From Polaromonas sp. (GTDB taxonomy: Bacteria > Pseudomonadota > Gammaproteobacteria > Burkholderiales > Burkholderiaceae_C): a stretch of DNA of 59,985 bases. Made by a program: the position numbers and the translations under genes. How positions within the stretch are numbered: position 1 is the stretch's first letter; every line of letters starts with the position of its first letter. This document shows, one piece after another, positions 42,074 through 51,380 of this stretch. The notes beneath the pieces were generated by a model. The model ran no database searches. It saw only the letters and a list, made by a program, of their open reading frames with translations, and was not told where the DNA came from. The stretch is from NCBI GenBank assembly GCA_043775055.1, contig JAYVSU010000069.1, positions 1 to 59,985 on the forward strand, written 5' to 3'.

Positions 42074-43099
42074 TTATAGCTCATTGTATCTCAGACCCCA
42101 AAAAGCAAAGGCATTAACAAGATCTGGTGGCGTTGGTGCAACAAATTTCATTGATTCGCAAGTTACAGGGTGTTCAAACTCTAATCTTTCAGCGTGCAAG
42201 CCCTGGCGTTTCAAGCCAGCAGCAGCTACACCGCCATAAACAGCATCAGAAACCAATGGATGCCCTAAAAACGACATGTGAACCCTAATTTGATGTGTTC
42301 TTCCCGTATGTAGCCGGCATTTAATAAGGCAACCTTGCTCGCAATTTTGTAGCAATTCAAACGAAGTTTTAGCCGTTTTTCCAGCTTGCTTGTCTAATGA
42401 AACAACTGCCATGCGCAATCGATTTCGTGGGTCGCGTCCAATAGGCTGTGACACATCTAGCTGCTTTGCACTTGCCCATTTATGGTGCGCGAGTGCTAGA
42501 TATTGTCTATGAACATCACGATCGGCAATCTTTTTAACCAGTGCGTCCATGACCAAGCGGGTCCGCGCGACGACCATTAAGCCACTGGTGTCTTTGTCTA
42601 AGCGGTGAACGATGCCAGCCCTCGGCAAGAGTTGAGAACTCGGAAAGCGATGCAATAATCCATTAAGAAGCGTCCCAGTCCAATTTCCGGGCGCAGGGTG
42701 AACGACCAAACCAGCAGGTTTATTAATCACAAGCAGGTACTCGTCCTCAAATACCACTTCAAAATCAACAACTTCCGGCTTAAACGCTTGACTTTGAGGT
42801 GTTGCATGCAGCGTGATCTTCAACTTATCACCTGCTTTGACTTTCGTAGATGGTTTTAAGACGACTAGCCCGTTGACGATAGCCGCACCCCTTTCAATCA
42901 GTTGCTGCAAATAGCTGCGGGAGAACTCATCTACCAGGTTCACAAGCGCATTGTCTAAGCGCACTCCGTGCAAGGAGGCATCGCAAATAAACGTTCGTTC
43001 TTCATACTGTTCTGCCGAATCCTCCAAATCAAGCGCAAAATCCAAATCTGCTTCACTTTTCAAATGATCGGTCGATATAATGGATTCGCTATGTTTCAA
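42074..43099 (-). CDS. rluD: 23S rRNA pseudouridine synthase RluD
   Basis: S4 domain plus RluA-family motif HRLDKDTSGLMVVA. Confidence 0.92.
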   Translation of the reverse strand: MKHSESIISTDHLKSEADLDFALDLEDSAEQYEERTFICDASLHGVRLDNALVNLVDEFSRSYLQQLIERGAAIVNGLVVLKPSTKVKAGDKLKITLHATPQSQAFKPEVVDFEVVFEDEYLLVINKPAGLVVHPAPGNWTGTLLNGLLHRFPSSQLLPRAGIVHRLDKDTSGLMVVARTRLVMDALVKKIADRDVHRQYLALAHHKWASAKQLDVSQPIGRDPRNRLRMAVVSLDKQAGKTAKTSFELLQNCEQGCLIKCRLHTGRTHQIRVHMSFLGHPLVSDAVYGGVAAAGLKRQGLHAERLEFEHPVTCESMKFVAPTPPDLVNAFAFWGLRYNEL

Positions 43100-43170
43100 G
43101 AAGGTGACCTCAGATGTTTAACGTCAAATTATCGACGCAATTCCAAGACTTGAAGATGTCTTGCTCAACT

Positions 43171-43962
43171 ATGATGAAAAATCGTATTTTTTTATCCGCA
43201 GCGTTGTGCGCCGGTCTTGCTGCGTGCTCTACTGTCAGCGAAGATAAAGCCGCAAATTGGAGTCCCAATAAAATTTATGCCGAAGCAAAGTCTGAAGCTG
43301 CTGATGGCGCCTACGACAAAGCGATTCCATTGTATGAAAAACTGGAAGGACGCGCCGCTGGGACACCGTTAGCTCAACAGGCCCAACTAGACAAAGCTTA
43401 CGCACAATTTAAAAATGGTGACCAAGCACAGGCCATTGCGACAATTGAAAGATTTATCAAATTACACCCAGCCAGTCCAGCGCTAGACTATGCTTTGTAT
43501 CTCAAAGGAACGGTCAATTTTGCTGACAATTTAGGATTTTTAGGCTCATTTACACGACAAGATTTATCTGAACGTGACCAAAAAGCAGCAAAAGAGTCGT
43601 TTGAAGCCTATAAAGAGCTAGCTGCAAAATTCCCGGAGTCCAAATACAGCACGGATGCTCGTCAGCGCATGACTTATATAGTCAATTCCTTGGCGCTTTA
43701 TGAGGTCCATGTAGCACGCTATTATTATTCACGTGGCGCATATGTTGCAGCTATCAACCGCGCCCAACTAGCCATTACTGACTATCGAGATGTTCCCGCC
43801 TTAGAGGAAGCAATGTTCATCATTTACCAATCTTATGATGCCTTGAACATTCCCGAACTTAGAGATGATGCAAAGCGTGTTATGGAAAAATCATTTCCAA
43901 AAAGCGAATATTTACTTTCTGGCATGAAGCCAGGAGCTAAAAGCTGGTGGAAACTTTGGTAA
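43171..43962 (+). CDS. bamD: Outer membrane protein assembly factor BamD (start 43171, or 43156)
   Basis: Lipobox GLAACS, TPR-like repeats; divergent from rluD as in E. coli. Confidence 0.9.
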   Translation: MMKNRIFLSAALCAGLAACSTVSEDKAANWSPNKIYAEAKSEAADGAYDKAIPLYEKLEGRAAGTPLAQQAQLDKAYAQFKNGDQAQAIATIERFIKLHPASPALDYALYLKGTVNFADNLGFLGSFTRQDLSERDQKAAKESFEAYKELAAKFPESKYSTDARQRMTYIVNSLALYEVHVARYYYSRGAYVAAINRAQLAITDYRDVPALEEAMFIIYQSYDALNIPELRDDAKRVMEKSFPKSEYLLSGMKPGAKSWWKLW

Positions 43963-45958
43963 GACTAGTGAGTTCAGCCAAGAACTCACTATGATTTTGA
44001 AGTTGCCGCATGGGAGGCAAAGAAGCAAGTATCCGTCGCCCGTAGCTCATTTGGGTTAACCTCATATCACAGACCAGCAAAACACCCTTATCCGTTTCGC
44101 GGCGAATCAATCTGCCAGCTCCTTGTTTTAAAGACACTGTGGCCTCTGGTACAAAATACTCGTTAAATGGGCTGCGCCCTTGTGTTTCTAATCGTTTTGA
44201 ACGTGCTTCAATCAACGGGTCATTGGGAGGCGGAAATGGCAGCTTATCAATCACCACCAAGGCCAATTCATCTCCTGGAACATCAATTCCCTCCCAAAAA
44301 GAGGCTGAAGCTACCAACACACAAGCTGCGCGTCCTTCGGATGAGCCCTCCCGAAATCGAGCGAGCAATTCACGCTTAGGCAAATTGCCTTGAATTAGTA
44401 TTTCAATATCCAATCTATCTTGGAATTTTTGCTGGAGTAATTCTCCAATTGAACGCAAAGCCCGTAGCGTCGTGGTCAACACCATCGTTCTACCGATAAG
44501 AACATTTACAGCTTCTGCAACTATATTGGCCACATGATTGCTGTGTGTTGGATCGTTGGGTTTAGGCAAGTTTTTAGGCACATAAATCGCAGCTTGACGC
44601 TGATAATCAAATGGACTTTCAACCTGCATAACTTCAGCCGACTCCAATCCACAGGGTTCTGTAAACCACTTTAGCTTCTCTTCATGTCCCAAGGTTGCAG
44701 ACGTAAATATCCACGATTTTTGATTTTCCAATGCCGGCTCACCAAGCTTGAGCATTTTATTTTTAACTGACTCTGCAATATCCAAGGGCGACTCGACTAA
44801 ACGGAGCTGCTGCCCAATTTCCAACCAACGGACAGAATTAGAAGAACAAGGTTGCATAAAACTCTGAGCACGGTCACGCAATGTCACTGTCCTCTCATGC
44901 AATCGGATGAAATCTGGTGCAGCTTCGCTGACTAGTTGCAAAGCGTCAAGCAATTTACGACAAGATTTACAAACGCCATTTAAAGCAGCCAACCAAGATC
45001 CATCGTCCAAGCCTTCCGGCACAACGCCAGTCCAACGTAATTTGGCACCTATCCATTGTTTTCCAGCACTTAGTCGCAACTCTCTCGAAGACAGCTCAAG
45101 TCCAGAAGCCAACACACTCCAATCAGCTAATCCGCGAGCAAACTGTAGGCCCGCCGCTAGCGTATCGCGAGATAAATCTAAAAGTTGTCCTGTAGTTAAC
45201 TGAGCTCCTAAAAACTGAACGCCTGTTTCATTTAGCTGATGCGCCTCATCAAAAATAACCACCCGCACAGTTGGAAGTAGCTCAGACATCCCAGAGTCGC
45301 GAACAGCTAAATCCGCAAAAAACAAGTGGTGATTGATAACGACAATATCGGCAGCTAAAGCTTCTCGTCGCGCAAGATTGACATGGCAAGGACGGAATTT
45401 AGGACATTGGGCCCCGAGACAGTTTTCCCTGTTTGACGTAATTAACGGGATGACTGGTGAGCGCTCATCTAAACCGGCCAATTCAGCCAAATCGCCATTC
45501 CTAGTAACTTGCGCCCATTTTTCGACTTTGGCAAGGGTTGCATGTATGCCTCGCTCGGACGGAGCGATATCTTCGCGAGCAATTTCCAGTCGATGAAGAC
45601 ACAAATAGCTAGATCGCCCTTTGAGCAAGGCCAGGCGTACAGGTAAGCCTAGGATCTTAGCCAAACTTGGCAGATCGCGTCCAAACAATTGATCTTGCAA
45701 TGCCTTTGTTGCCGTGGACAGCACAACGCGTTCACCGCTAAGTAAAGCCGGAACCAAATATGCAAAAGTTTTCCCTACACCGGTCCCAGCTTCTACAACC
45801 AATGTTGTGCCTTGTTCAATACAACGCGCAACAGCAAACGCCATTTGCGTTTGTCCACTTCGAGTTTTGAAATAAGGGTCAAATTGAGACAGTAAACCTT
45901 GCTCAGAAAAAACCTCCATTACCCGTAATTCAAAGCTCATTGAATGTTCAATTTTCAT
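43937..45958 (-). CDS. DinG/YoaA-family ATP-dependent DNA helicase (XPD-like, Fe-S)
   Basis: Walker A AGTGVGKT, DEAH box FDEAHQL, Cys cluster (YLCLH...NCLGAQCPKFRPCH); 3' end overlaps the bamD 3' end by 26 bp. Confidence 0.88.
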   Translation of the reverse strand: MKIEHSMSFELRVMEVFSEQGLLSQFDPYFKTRSGQTQMAFAVARCIEQGTTLVVEAGTGVGKTFAYLVPALLSGERVVLSTATKALQDQLFGRDLPSLAKILGLPVRLALLKGRSSYLCLHRLEIAREDIAPSERGIHATLAKVEKWAQVTRNGDLAELAGLDERSPVIPLITSNRENCLGAQCPKFRPCHVNLARREALAADIVVINHHLFFADLAVRDSGMSELLPTVRVVIFDEAHQLNETGVQFLGAQLTTGQLLDLSRDTLAAGLQFARGLADWSVLASGLELSSRELRLSAGKQWIGAKLRWTGVVPEGLDDGSWLAALNGVCKSCRKLLDALQLVSEAAPDFIRLHERTVTLRDRAQSFMQPCSSNSVRWLEIGQQLRLVESPLDIAESVKNKMLKLGEPALENQKSWIFTSATLGHEEKLKWFTEPCGLESAEVMQVESPFDYQRQAAIYVPKNLPKPNDPTHSNHVANIVAEAVNVLIGRTMVLTTTLRALRSIGELLQQKFQDRLDIEILIQGNLPKRELLARFREGSSEGRAACVLVASASFWEGIDVPGDELALVVIDKLPFPPPNDPLIEARSKRLETQGRSPFNEYFVPEATVSLKQGAGRLIRRETDKGVLLVCDMRLTQMSYGRRILASLPPMRQLQNHSEFLAELTSLTKVSTSF

Positions 45959-46075
45959 CTCTGTACGCTATTTTCAAAAAAATCATCTGTTAAATGTTCA
46001 CTTATACGTTAAGACACTCATAATATGCAGACTTATTTTGTCTTTTAAATTGCACGCCTATTTTGTTATACGTTT

Positions 46076-46825
46076 ATGACCAAAGAAACCATGTTTAGCG
46101 CTTCGACGGGCATACATCAGGGCGACAGGGAAAGTCAACAAGATCGCGTGAGTATTTTCAGAAGTACCCGAGAACCAAATTGCGTTCTTGCTATCGTGTC
46201 TGATGGGATGGGAGGGCTAAGTGGCGGACGAAAAGCAGCCGACCAAGTGATGTTCACTGCAGAACAACTGTTCAAACAGTTTAATTCTAAAACAGATGAT
46301 CCTCAACAATTACTAAAACAAATAGCATTAGATGCACACCTAGTCATTGGACTCACAGCAATCGCCTCCGCCCAGCAACCGCACAGTACATTTGCAGCAT
46401 TCTTAGTCACCTCAGGAGGAGCATGCCATTGGGCTCATGTAGGAGATTCACGCATTTACCATTTCCATCAAGGGCAACTCGTAAAACGCTCAAGTGACCA
46501 TTCATATGTTCAAACATTAGTTGACAATAATGAAATCACTTCTGAGCAAGCAATCAATCATCCCAAATCAAATGTGCTGACGCGCAGCTTAGGAAGTAAG
46601 CTTCAACCGGTCGTAGATCACCATAGCATTGAAAATTTATCTACGGGAGATGTCATCATGGCATGCAGCGATGGCGTTTGGCCTTATTTTAAGACCAATG
46701 AACTCGGAGCAATCCTAGCAAAATTAAACCCACGTGAAGCTGTAGAGTTTTTAATCACTACCGCACGCACTCGAAGCCAGCGACGTGGCGATAATTTATC
46801 TATTGCTTTAGTGAAATACGAGTAA
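46076..46825 (+). CDS. PP2C-family Ser/Thr protein phosphatase (no kinase or FHA partner in window)
   Basis: PPM motifs QQDR, SDGMGG, GDSR, CSDGV, GDNLS. Confidence 0.88.
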   Translation: MTKETMFSASTGIHQGDRESQQDRVSIFRSTREPNCVLAIVSDGMGGLSGGRKAADQVMFTAEQLFKQFNSKTDDPQQLLKQIALDAHLVIGLTAIASAQQPHSTFAAFLVTSGGACHWAHVGDSRIYHFHQGQLVKRSSDHSYVQTLVDNNEITSEQAINHPKSNVLTRSLGSKLQPVVDHHSIENLSTGDVIMACSDGVWPYFKTNELGAILAKLNPREAVEFLITTARTRSQRRGDNLSIALVKYE

Positions 46826-46866
46826 AAAATCAATTACAAAGCAAGCAACACTCTGTACAAAAACAA

Positions 46867-47496
46867 TCAATCCGTATTTGGTTTGGGTACCGGTACCGGT
46901 AGCGGAGTCGATTTTGGTTTCGTACTATTTGCATTTTTTTGCTCAAGTGCTGCTTTATGCTCTTGTGCTTCAATCAACTTTTTTTGATATTTGGTTGCTT
47001 GCTCGGTAGCTAGTTTATTTTTTTCTGCACGTTGCACCGCTTTAGCTTGAGATATTCGCAATTTCCGATTAGCTTCATTGACTCGACTTGCCGCTTCATT
47101 TTCACGCTGTTTCTTATTGAGGTCTATTGATTTATTCGGTTTACTCATAACTGCTTCAGTTTTTTTAGCATTTGTAAGCGTTGAATTTTCTTTTTTCGAA
47201 TTTATTCGAACTTTGCGATCTTCTCGTTGCGAATCATTTAAAGCTAGTTCTTTACGCTTAATGTCAATCAACACGGCACTCTTCTCTGTCTTAACTTGTT
47301 TCAGGCAGCTACTGACAGCGAATTTTTTGTAACACGCAACCTCTTGCAAATTGTAACGAGATTCAATAGCTTCGCGCTCCTGAACTAATCGAGAGCGCTC
47401 TGAAATTTCCGCACTTGCTGACGTCCCTTGGGCCTGAACAATCAAGAAACTGCTAGCAATCACGACGAGCAAGCCAACGCAGGAACTTTTACTCAT
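46867..47496 (-). CDS. Secreted Lys/Glu/Gln-rich coiled-coil protein, unknown function
   Basis: Signal peptide LLVVIASSFLIVQAQG, CYKKFAVSSC pair, charged heptad-like body, Pro-rich C-terminus; ATGA overlap with the zapE stop. Confidence 0.6.
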   Translation of the reverse strand: MSKSSCVGLLVVIASSFLIVQAQGTSASAEISERSRLVQEREAIESRYNLQEVACYKKFAVSSCLKQVKTEKSAVLIDIKRKELALNDSQREDRKVRINSKKENSTLTNAKKTEAVMSKPNKSIDLNKKQRENEAASRVNEANRKLRISQAKAVQRAEKNKLATEQATKYQKKLIEAQEHKAALEQKNANSTKPKSTPLPVPVPKPNTD

Positions 47497-48596
47497 ATTA
47501 AAGCTGTATCGACTTGACGTCGCTCTAGGTTCAGATATTCAACTGACTGCATCTCACTAAGCCTCGACACTGTTCTGGGGAATTCATGTGCAAGTGGTCC
47601 CCCTGTATATAACGCCTCAGGAGGCACTTCTGCCGACAGAATCAATTTAACGCGTCTATCGTATAAGACATCTATAAGCCAAGTAAAACGCCTTGCTTCA
47701 CTGGCCATGCGTGGCGGCATATAAGGCACGTTGCTTAATAACACTGTATGAAATTGAGTTGCTATTTCCAAGTAATCATTTTGTGAACGTGGTCCTCCAC
47801 ACAATGATTTGAAATCAAACCAGACTACGCCTCCCGCCTTTCTACGTGCATAAATTTCTCTCGCTTCAATATGCAAAACAGGATCTTCATCTTGCGATTC
47901 TGCTAGTTTATTGAATGACTGTGTCATTTCAAAATCAGCGTCAGCTCCCCAAGGCGTGTGGTAAAGTTTAATTTGCTCAAGCGTACGACGTCTGTAGTCT
48001 GTACCGTTATCGACATTCACAACTTCTAAATTGGCATTCAACAAAGCTATGGCTGGCAAAATTCTGTCACGATGCATGCCGCCTGGGTACAAATCAGCTG
48101 GCTTGAAATTTGATGTTGTTACAAAACCAACGCCATTTTCAAACAATGCCGACAACAAACGATACAAGATCATTGCATCAGTAATGTCTGCCACGTGAAA
48201 TTCGTCGAAACAAATTAAGCGATAGCGCTTCGCCATTCGCTTAGCCAACTCGTCAAGCGGATTAACAATGCCCTGTAAATCGCGTAGCTCACGATGTACC
48301 TCACGCATAAACTCGTGGAAGTGCAATCTGGTTTTGCGTTTTAAAGGCACTGCATTGTAAAAGCAGTCCATCAAAAAACTTTTGCCGCGTCCTACGCCGC
48401 CGTACAAATAAACACCGCGAGGGACTAACGGGCGATTAACTAGTTTTTTCAACGCATTAGAACGCTGATGTTTATATGCAATCCAATCATCGGCACAACG
48501 CTCAAGCGCCAAGACTGCACGAAGTTGCGCAGGGTCACTCACGTAGCCCCGCGAACTTAATTCTGCCTCATAGGCTTCACGTACAGTCATGCTCAA
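47493..48596 (-). CDS. zapE: AFG1-like ATPase ZapE
   Basis: Walker A GGVGRGKS, Walker B LICFDEFHV; 25 nt downstream of lpdA. Confidence 0.9.
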   Translation of the reverse strand: MSMTVREAYEAELSSRGYVSDPAQLRAVLALERCADDWIAYKHQRSNALKKLVNRPLVPRGVYLYGGVGRGKSFLMDCFYNAVPLKRKTRLHFHEFMREVHRELRDLQGIVNPLDELAKRMAKRYRLICFDEFHVADITDAMILYRLLSALFENGVGFVTTSNFKPADLYPGGMHRDRILPAIALLNANLEVVNVDNGTDYRRRTLEQIKLYHTPWGADADFEMTQSFNKLAESQDEDPVLHIEAREIYARRKAGGVVWFDFKSLCGGPRSQNDYLEIATQFHTVLLSNVPYMPPRMASEARRFTWLIDVLYDRRVKLILSAEVPPEALYTGGPLAHEFPRTVSRLSEMQSVEYLNLERRQVDTALI

Positions 48597-48621
48597 GTTT
48601 TGCGAGTCAAAGCCTCGTTAC

Positions 48622-50040
48622 TTAAAAATTAAGCGTACGTTTATCTACCGCTAAGGCTGCTTCTTTAGTCGCTTCACTTAGTGATGGATGTGCATGACAG
48701 ATACGAGCAATATCTTCTGCACTGGCTCTGAACTCCATTGCCACCACGCATTCAGCTATCAACTCGCTAGCCATTGGGCCCACAATATGTACACCGAGTA
48801 TTTCATCACTAACCGCGTCTGCAAGCATTTTCACCATACCCGTTGTATCACCCAAAGCGCGCGCTCGTCCGTTAGCCATGAACGGGAAAGTCCCAGCTTT
48901 ATAAGCACGGCCGGCCGATTTGAGCTGTTGCTCAGTCTGCCCCACCCACGCAATTTCTGGATTTGTGTATATAACCCAAGGGATCGTATTGAAATTGACA
49001 TGCCCATGCTGACCCGCAATACGCTCAGCAACGGCAACACCTTCTTCTTCAGCTTTATGTGCCAACATAGGACCGCGCACCACATCTCCAACAGCCCATA
49101 CATTAGGCAAATTAGTTTTGCAGTCTGCATCCACAACAATAGCGCCACGCTCATCCAAATTCAAACCAATTGCCTCCGCCCCCAAACCAATCGTATTTGC
49201 AACACGACCAATTGAGATGATGAGTTTGTCTACATCCAGCTTTTGCGCTTCGCCTTTGGCATTGGTATACACTATGCTCACGCCCTTTTTACTTGATGTA
49301 ACCTCACCAACCTTGACGCCCAGTTCAATCTTTAAACCCTGCTTGACGAAGGCTTTGTGAGCTTCTTTTGCAATTTGCTCATCTACAGCGCCTAAAAATG
49401 TTGGAAGTCCTTCCAGAATGGTGACATCTGCTCCCAAACGACGCCAAACAGAACCCATTTCTAAACCAATAACTCCTGAACCAATCAAGCCAAGAGTCTT
49501 AGGTACGGCGCCAATACGCAATGCACCATCGTTAGACAAGATAGTTTCTTCATCAAACGGTGTACCCGGCAAAGCACGCGCATTTGAGCCAGTCGCTAGG
49601 ATGATGTGCTTACCGTTGATACTTTCTTCACCTGCTTTGATTTCATAATTGCCGTCTTTAACAGCTACAAATGAACCTCGTCCATGAAAAAACGTCACTT
49701 TGTTCTTTTTGAACAAGTACAAAATACCATCATTGTTCTGCTTAACTACAGTATCTTTGCGGGCAACCATCTTAGTCACATCCAAGCTGAGACCTTTGAC
49801 TTCGATACCATGCTCAGAAAAATGATGACTCGCGTGGTCAAAATGCTCAGAAGACTGCAACAACGCCTTTGAAGGTATGCATCCTACATTGGTGCAAGTA
49901 CCGCCTAGAGCAGAACCGCCTTTGGCATTTTTCCACTCATCGATACAAGCCACGTTAAAACCCAGCTGAGCAGCACGAATAGCCGCAATATAGCCACCAG
50001 GGCCTCCGCCGATAACGACGACATCAAATTGTTTCGACAT
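48622..50040 (-). CDS. lpdA: Dihydrolipoyl dehydrogenase (E3)
   Basis: GGGPGGY FAD motif; redox-active GGTCTNVGCIPSK. Confidence 0.96.
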   Translation of the reverse strand: MSKQFDVVVIGGGPGGYIAAIRAAQLGFNVACIDEWKNAKGGSALGGTCTNVGCIPSKALLQSSEHFDHASHHFSEHGIEVKGLSLDVTKMVARKDTVVKQNNDGILYLFKKNKVTFFHGRGSFVAVKDGNYEIKAGEESINGKHIILATGSNARALPGTPFDEETILSNDGALRIGAVPKTLGLIGSGVIGLEMGSVWRRLGADVTILEGLPTFLGAVDEQIAKEAHKAFVKQGLKIELGVKVGEVTSSKKGVSIVYTNAKGEAQKLDVDKLIISIGRVANTIGLGAEAIGLNLDERGAIVVDADCKTNLPNVWAVGDVVRGPMLAHKAEEEGVAVAERIAGQHGHVNFNTIPWVIYTNPEIAWVGQTEQQLKSAGRAYKAGTFPFMANGRARALGDTTGMVKMLADAVSDEILGVHIVGPMASELIAECVVAMEFRASAEDIARICHAHPSLSEATKEAALAVDKRTLNF

Positions 50041-50052
50041 GTTCGTACTTTC

Positions 50053-51312
50053 TTAGATGTCAAACAACAAACGCGCTGGATCTTCCATCGCTTCTTTCAT
50101 GGCTACCAAGCCGAGCACCGCTTCACGGCCATCAATGATTCGGTGGTCATAGCTCATGGCAAAGTAATTCATAGGACGAATAACAATTTGACCATTTTCA
50201 ACAACTGCACGATCTTTAGTTGCATGAATACCCAAAATAGCACTCTGTGGTGGGTTGATGATAGGCGTTGACAGCATAGAACCAAATGTTCCACCATTGC
50301 TGATAGAGAAGGTGCCACCGGTCATGTCTTCCATGCCTAATTTCCCATCACGAGCTTTGATGCCGTATTCAGCAATTTTCTTCTCAATATCCGCGAAGCT
50401 CATTTGATCTGCATTGCGCAAAATTGGCACCACTAAACCGCGAGGAGAACCCACAGCAATACCAATATCAAAATACCCGTGATAAACAATGTCATTGCCA
50501 TCTACGCTGGCGTTCAAAACAGGGAATTTCTTCAGCGCGTGAACAGCAGCTTTAACAAAAAAGCTCATGAATCCAATTTTGATGCCGTGTTCTTTTTCGA
50601 ACTTGTCTTGGAAACGCTTACGCATTTCCATGACAGGTGCCATATTGATCTCGTTAAAAGTGGTCAAAATCGCATTAGTCGATTGTGATTGCAACAAACG
50701 CTCAGCGACACGAGCACGCAAACGACTCATTGGCACGCGTTGCTCGGGACGATCTCCCAGAGCTGGCGCTGCAGTTGCCACTTGAGGTAATAATTTAACT
50801 GCAGCCGGCGCAACCATTGCTTGGACAGCTACTTTATTTGTAGCACCTGATGCAACCGCACCTAATACATCGCCTTTGGTCACACGACCGTCTTTACCAG
50901 TTCCTGCCACCGAACCACCAGCAAGCTGATTGTCTGCCATCAGTTTAGCGGCTGCTGGCATAGCTACGCCAGCCATTGAGCCACCAGACGACGTAGCAGC
51001 GGCTGGGGCCGATGTAACTGAAACTGCTGCCGCGACTGGAACTGCGGCCGGTGCGGCAGCGTTGGCTTTTCCTTCTGTGTCGATACGAGCAATCAATTGC
51101 TCAGCAGCAACAGTTGCACCGTCACCAATCAAAATTTCAGCCAAAACACCAGCACTAGGTGCCGGCACTTCCAAAACGACTTTGTCAGTTTCAATTTCAA
51201 TCAATATTTCATCAACTGCAACGAAATCTCCAGCCTTCTTTTTCCATGTCAACATGGTCGCTTCAGCGACTGATTCAGACAGTTGGGGAACTTTTACTTC
51301 TACGATTGCCAT
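50053..51312 (-). CDS. sucB: 2-oxoglutarate dehydrogenase E2, dihydrolipoyllysine succinyltransferase
   Basis: Lipoyl site EIETDKVV, Ala-rich linkers, catalytic DHRIIDG. Confidence 0.96.
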   Translation of the reverse strand: MAIVEVKVPQLSESVAEATMLTWKKKAGDFVAVDEILIEIETDKVVLEVPAPSAGVLAEILIGDGATVAAEQLIARIDTEGKANAAAPAAVPVAAAVSVTSAPAAATSSGGSMAGVAMPAAAKLMADNQLAGGSVAGTGKDGRVTKGDVLGAVASGATNKVAVQAMVAPAAVKLLPQVATAAPALGDRPEQRVPMSRLRARVAERLLQSQSTNAILTTFNEINMAPVMEMRKRFQDKFEKEHGIKIGFMSFFVKAAVHALKKFPVLNASVDGNDIVYHGYFDIGIAVGSPRGLVVPILRNADQMSFADIEKKIAEYGIKARDGKLGMEDMTGGTFSISNGGTFGSMLSTPIINPPQSAILGIHATKDRAVVENGQIVIRPMNYFAMSYDHRIIDGREAVLGLVAMKEAMEDPARLLFDI

Positions 51313-51380
51313 ATTATTCTTTCGAGTTGTCTTATTTGTGGTTAAGTCTGTATACGTTTTAAGAGGTCAAAATCGCTTAA

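Noticed and set aside
43937-45958. DinG-family helicase as a possible defence or type IV CRISPR accessory gene
   Set aside because: There are no cas genes, repeats or other defence genes nearby. The protein has the housekeeping YoaA/DinG layout (Fe-S XPD-like) and sits among core genes (bamD, rluD).
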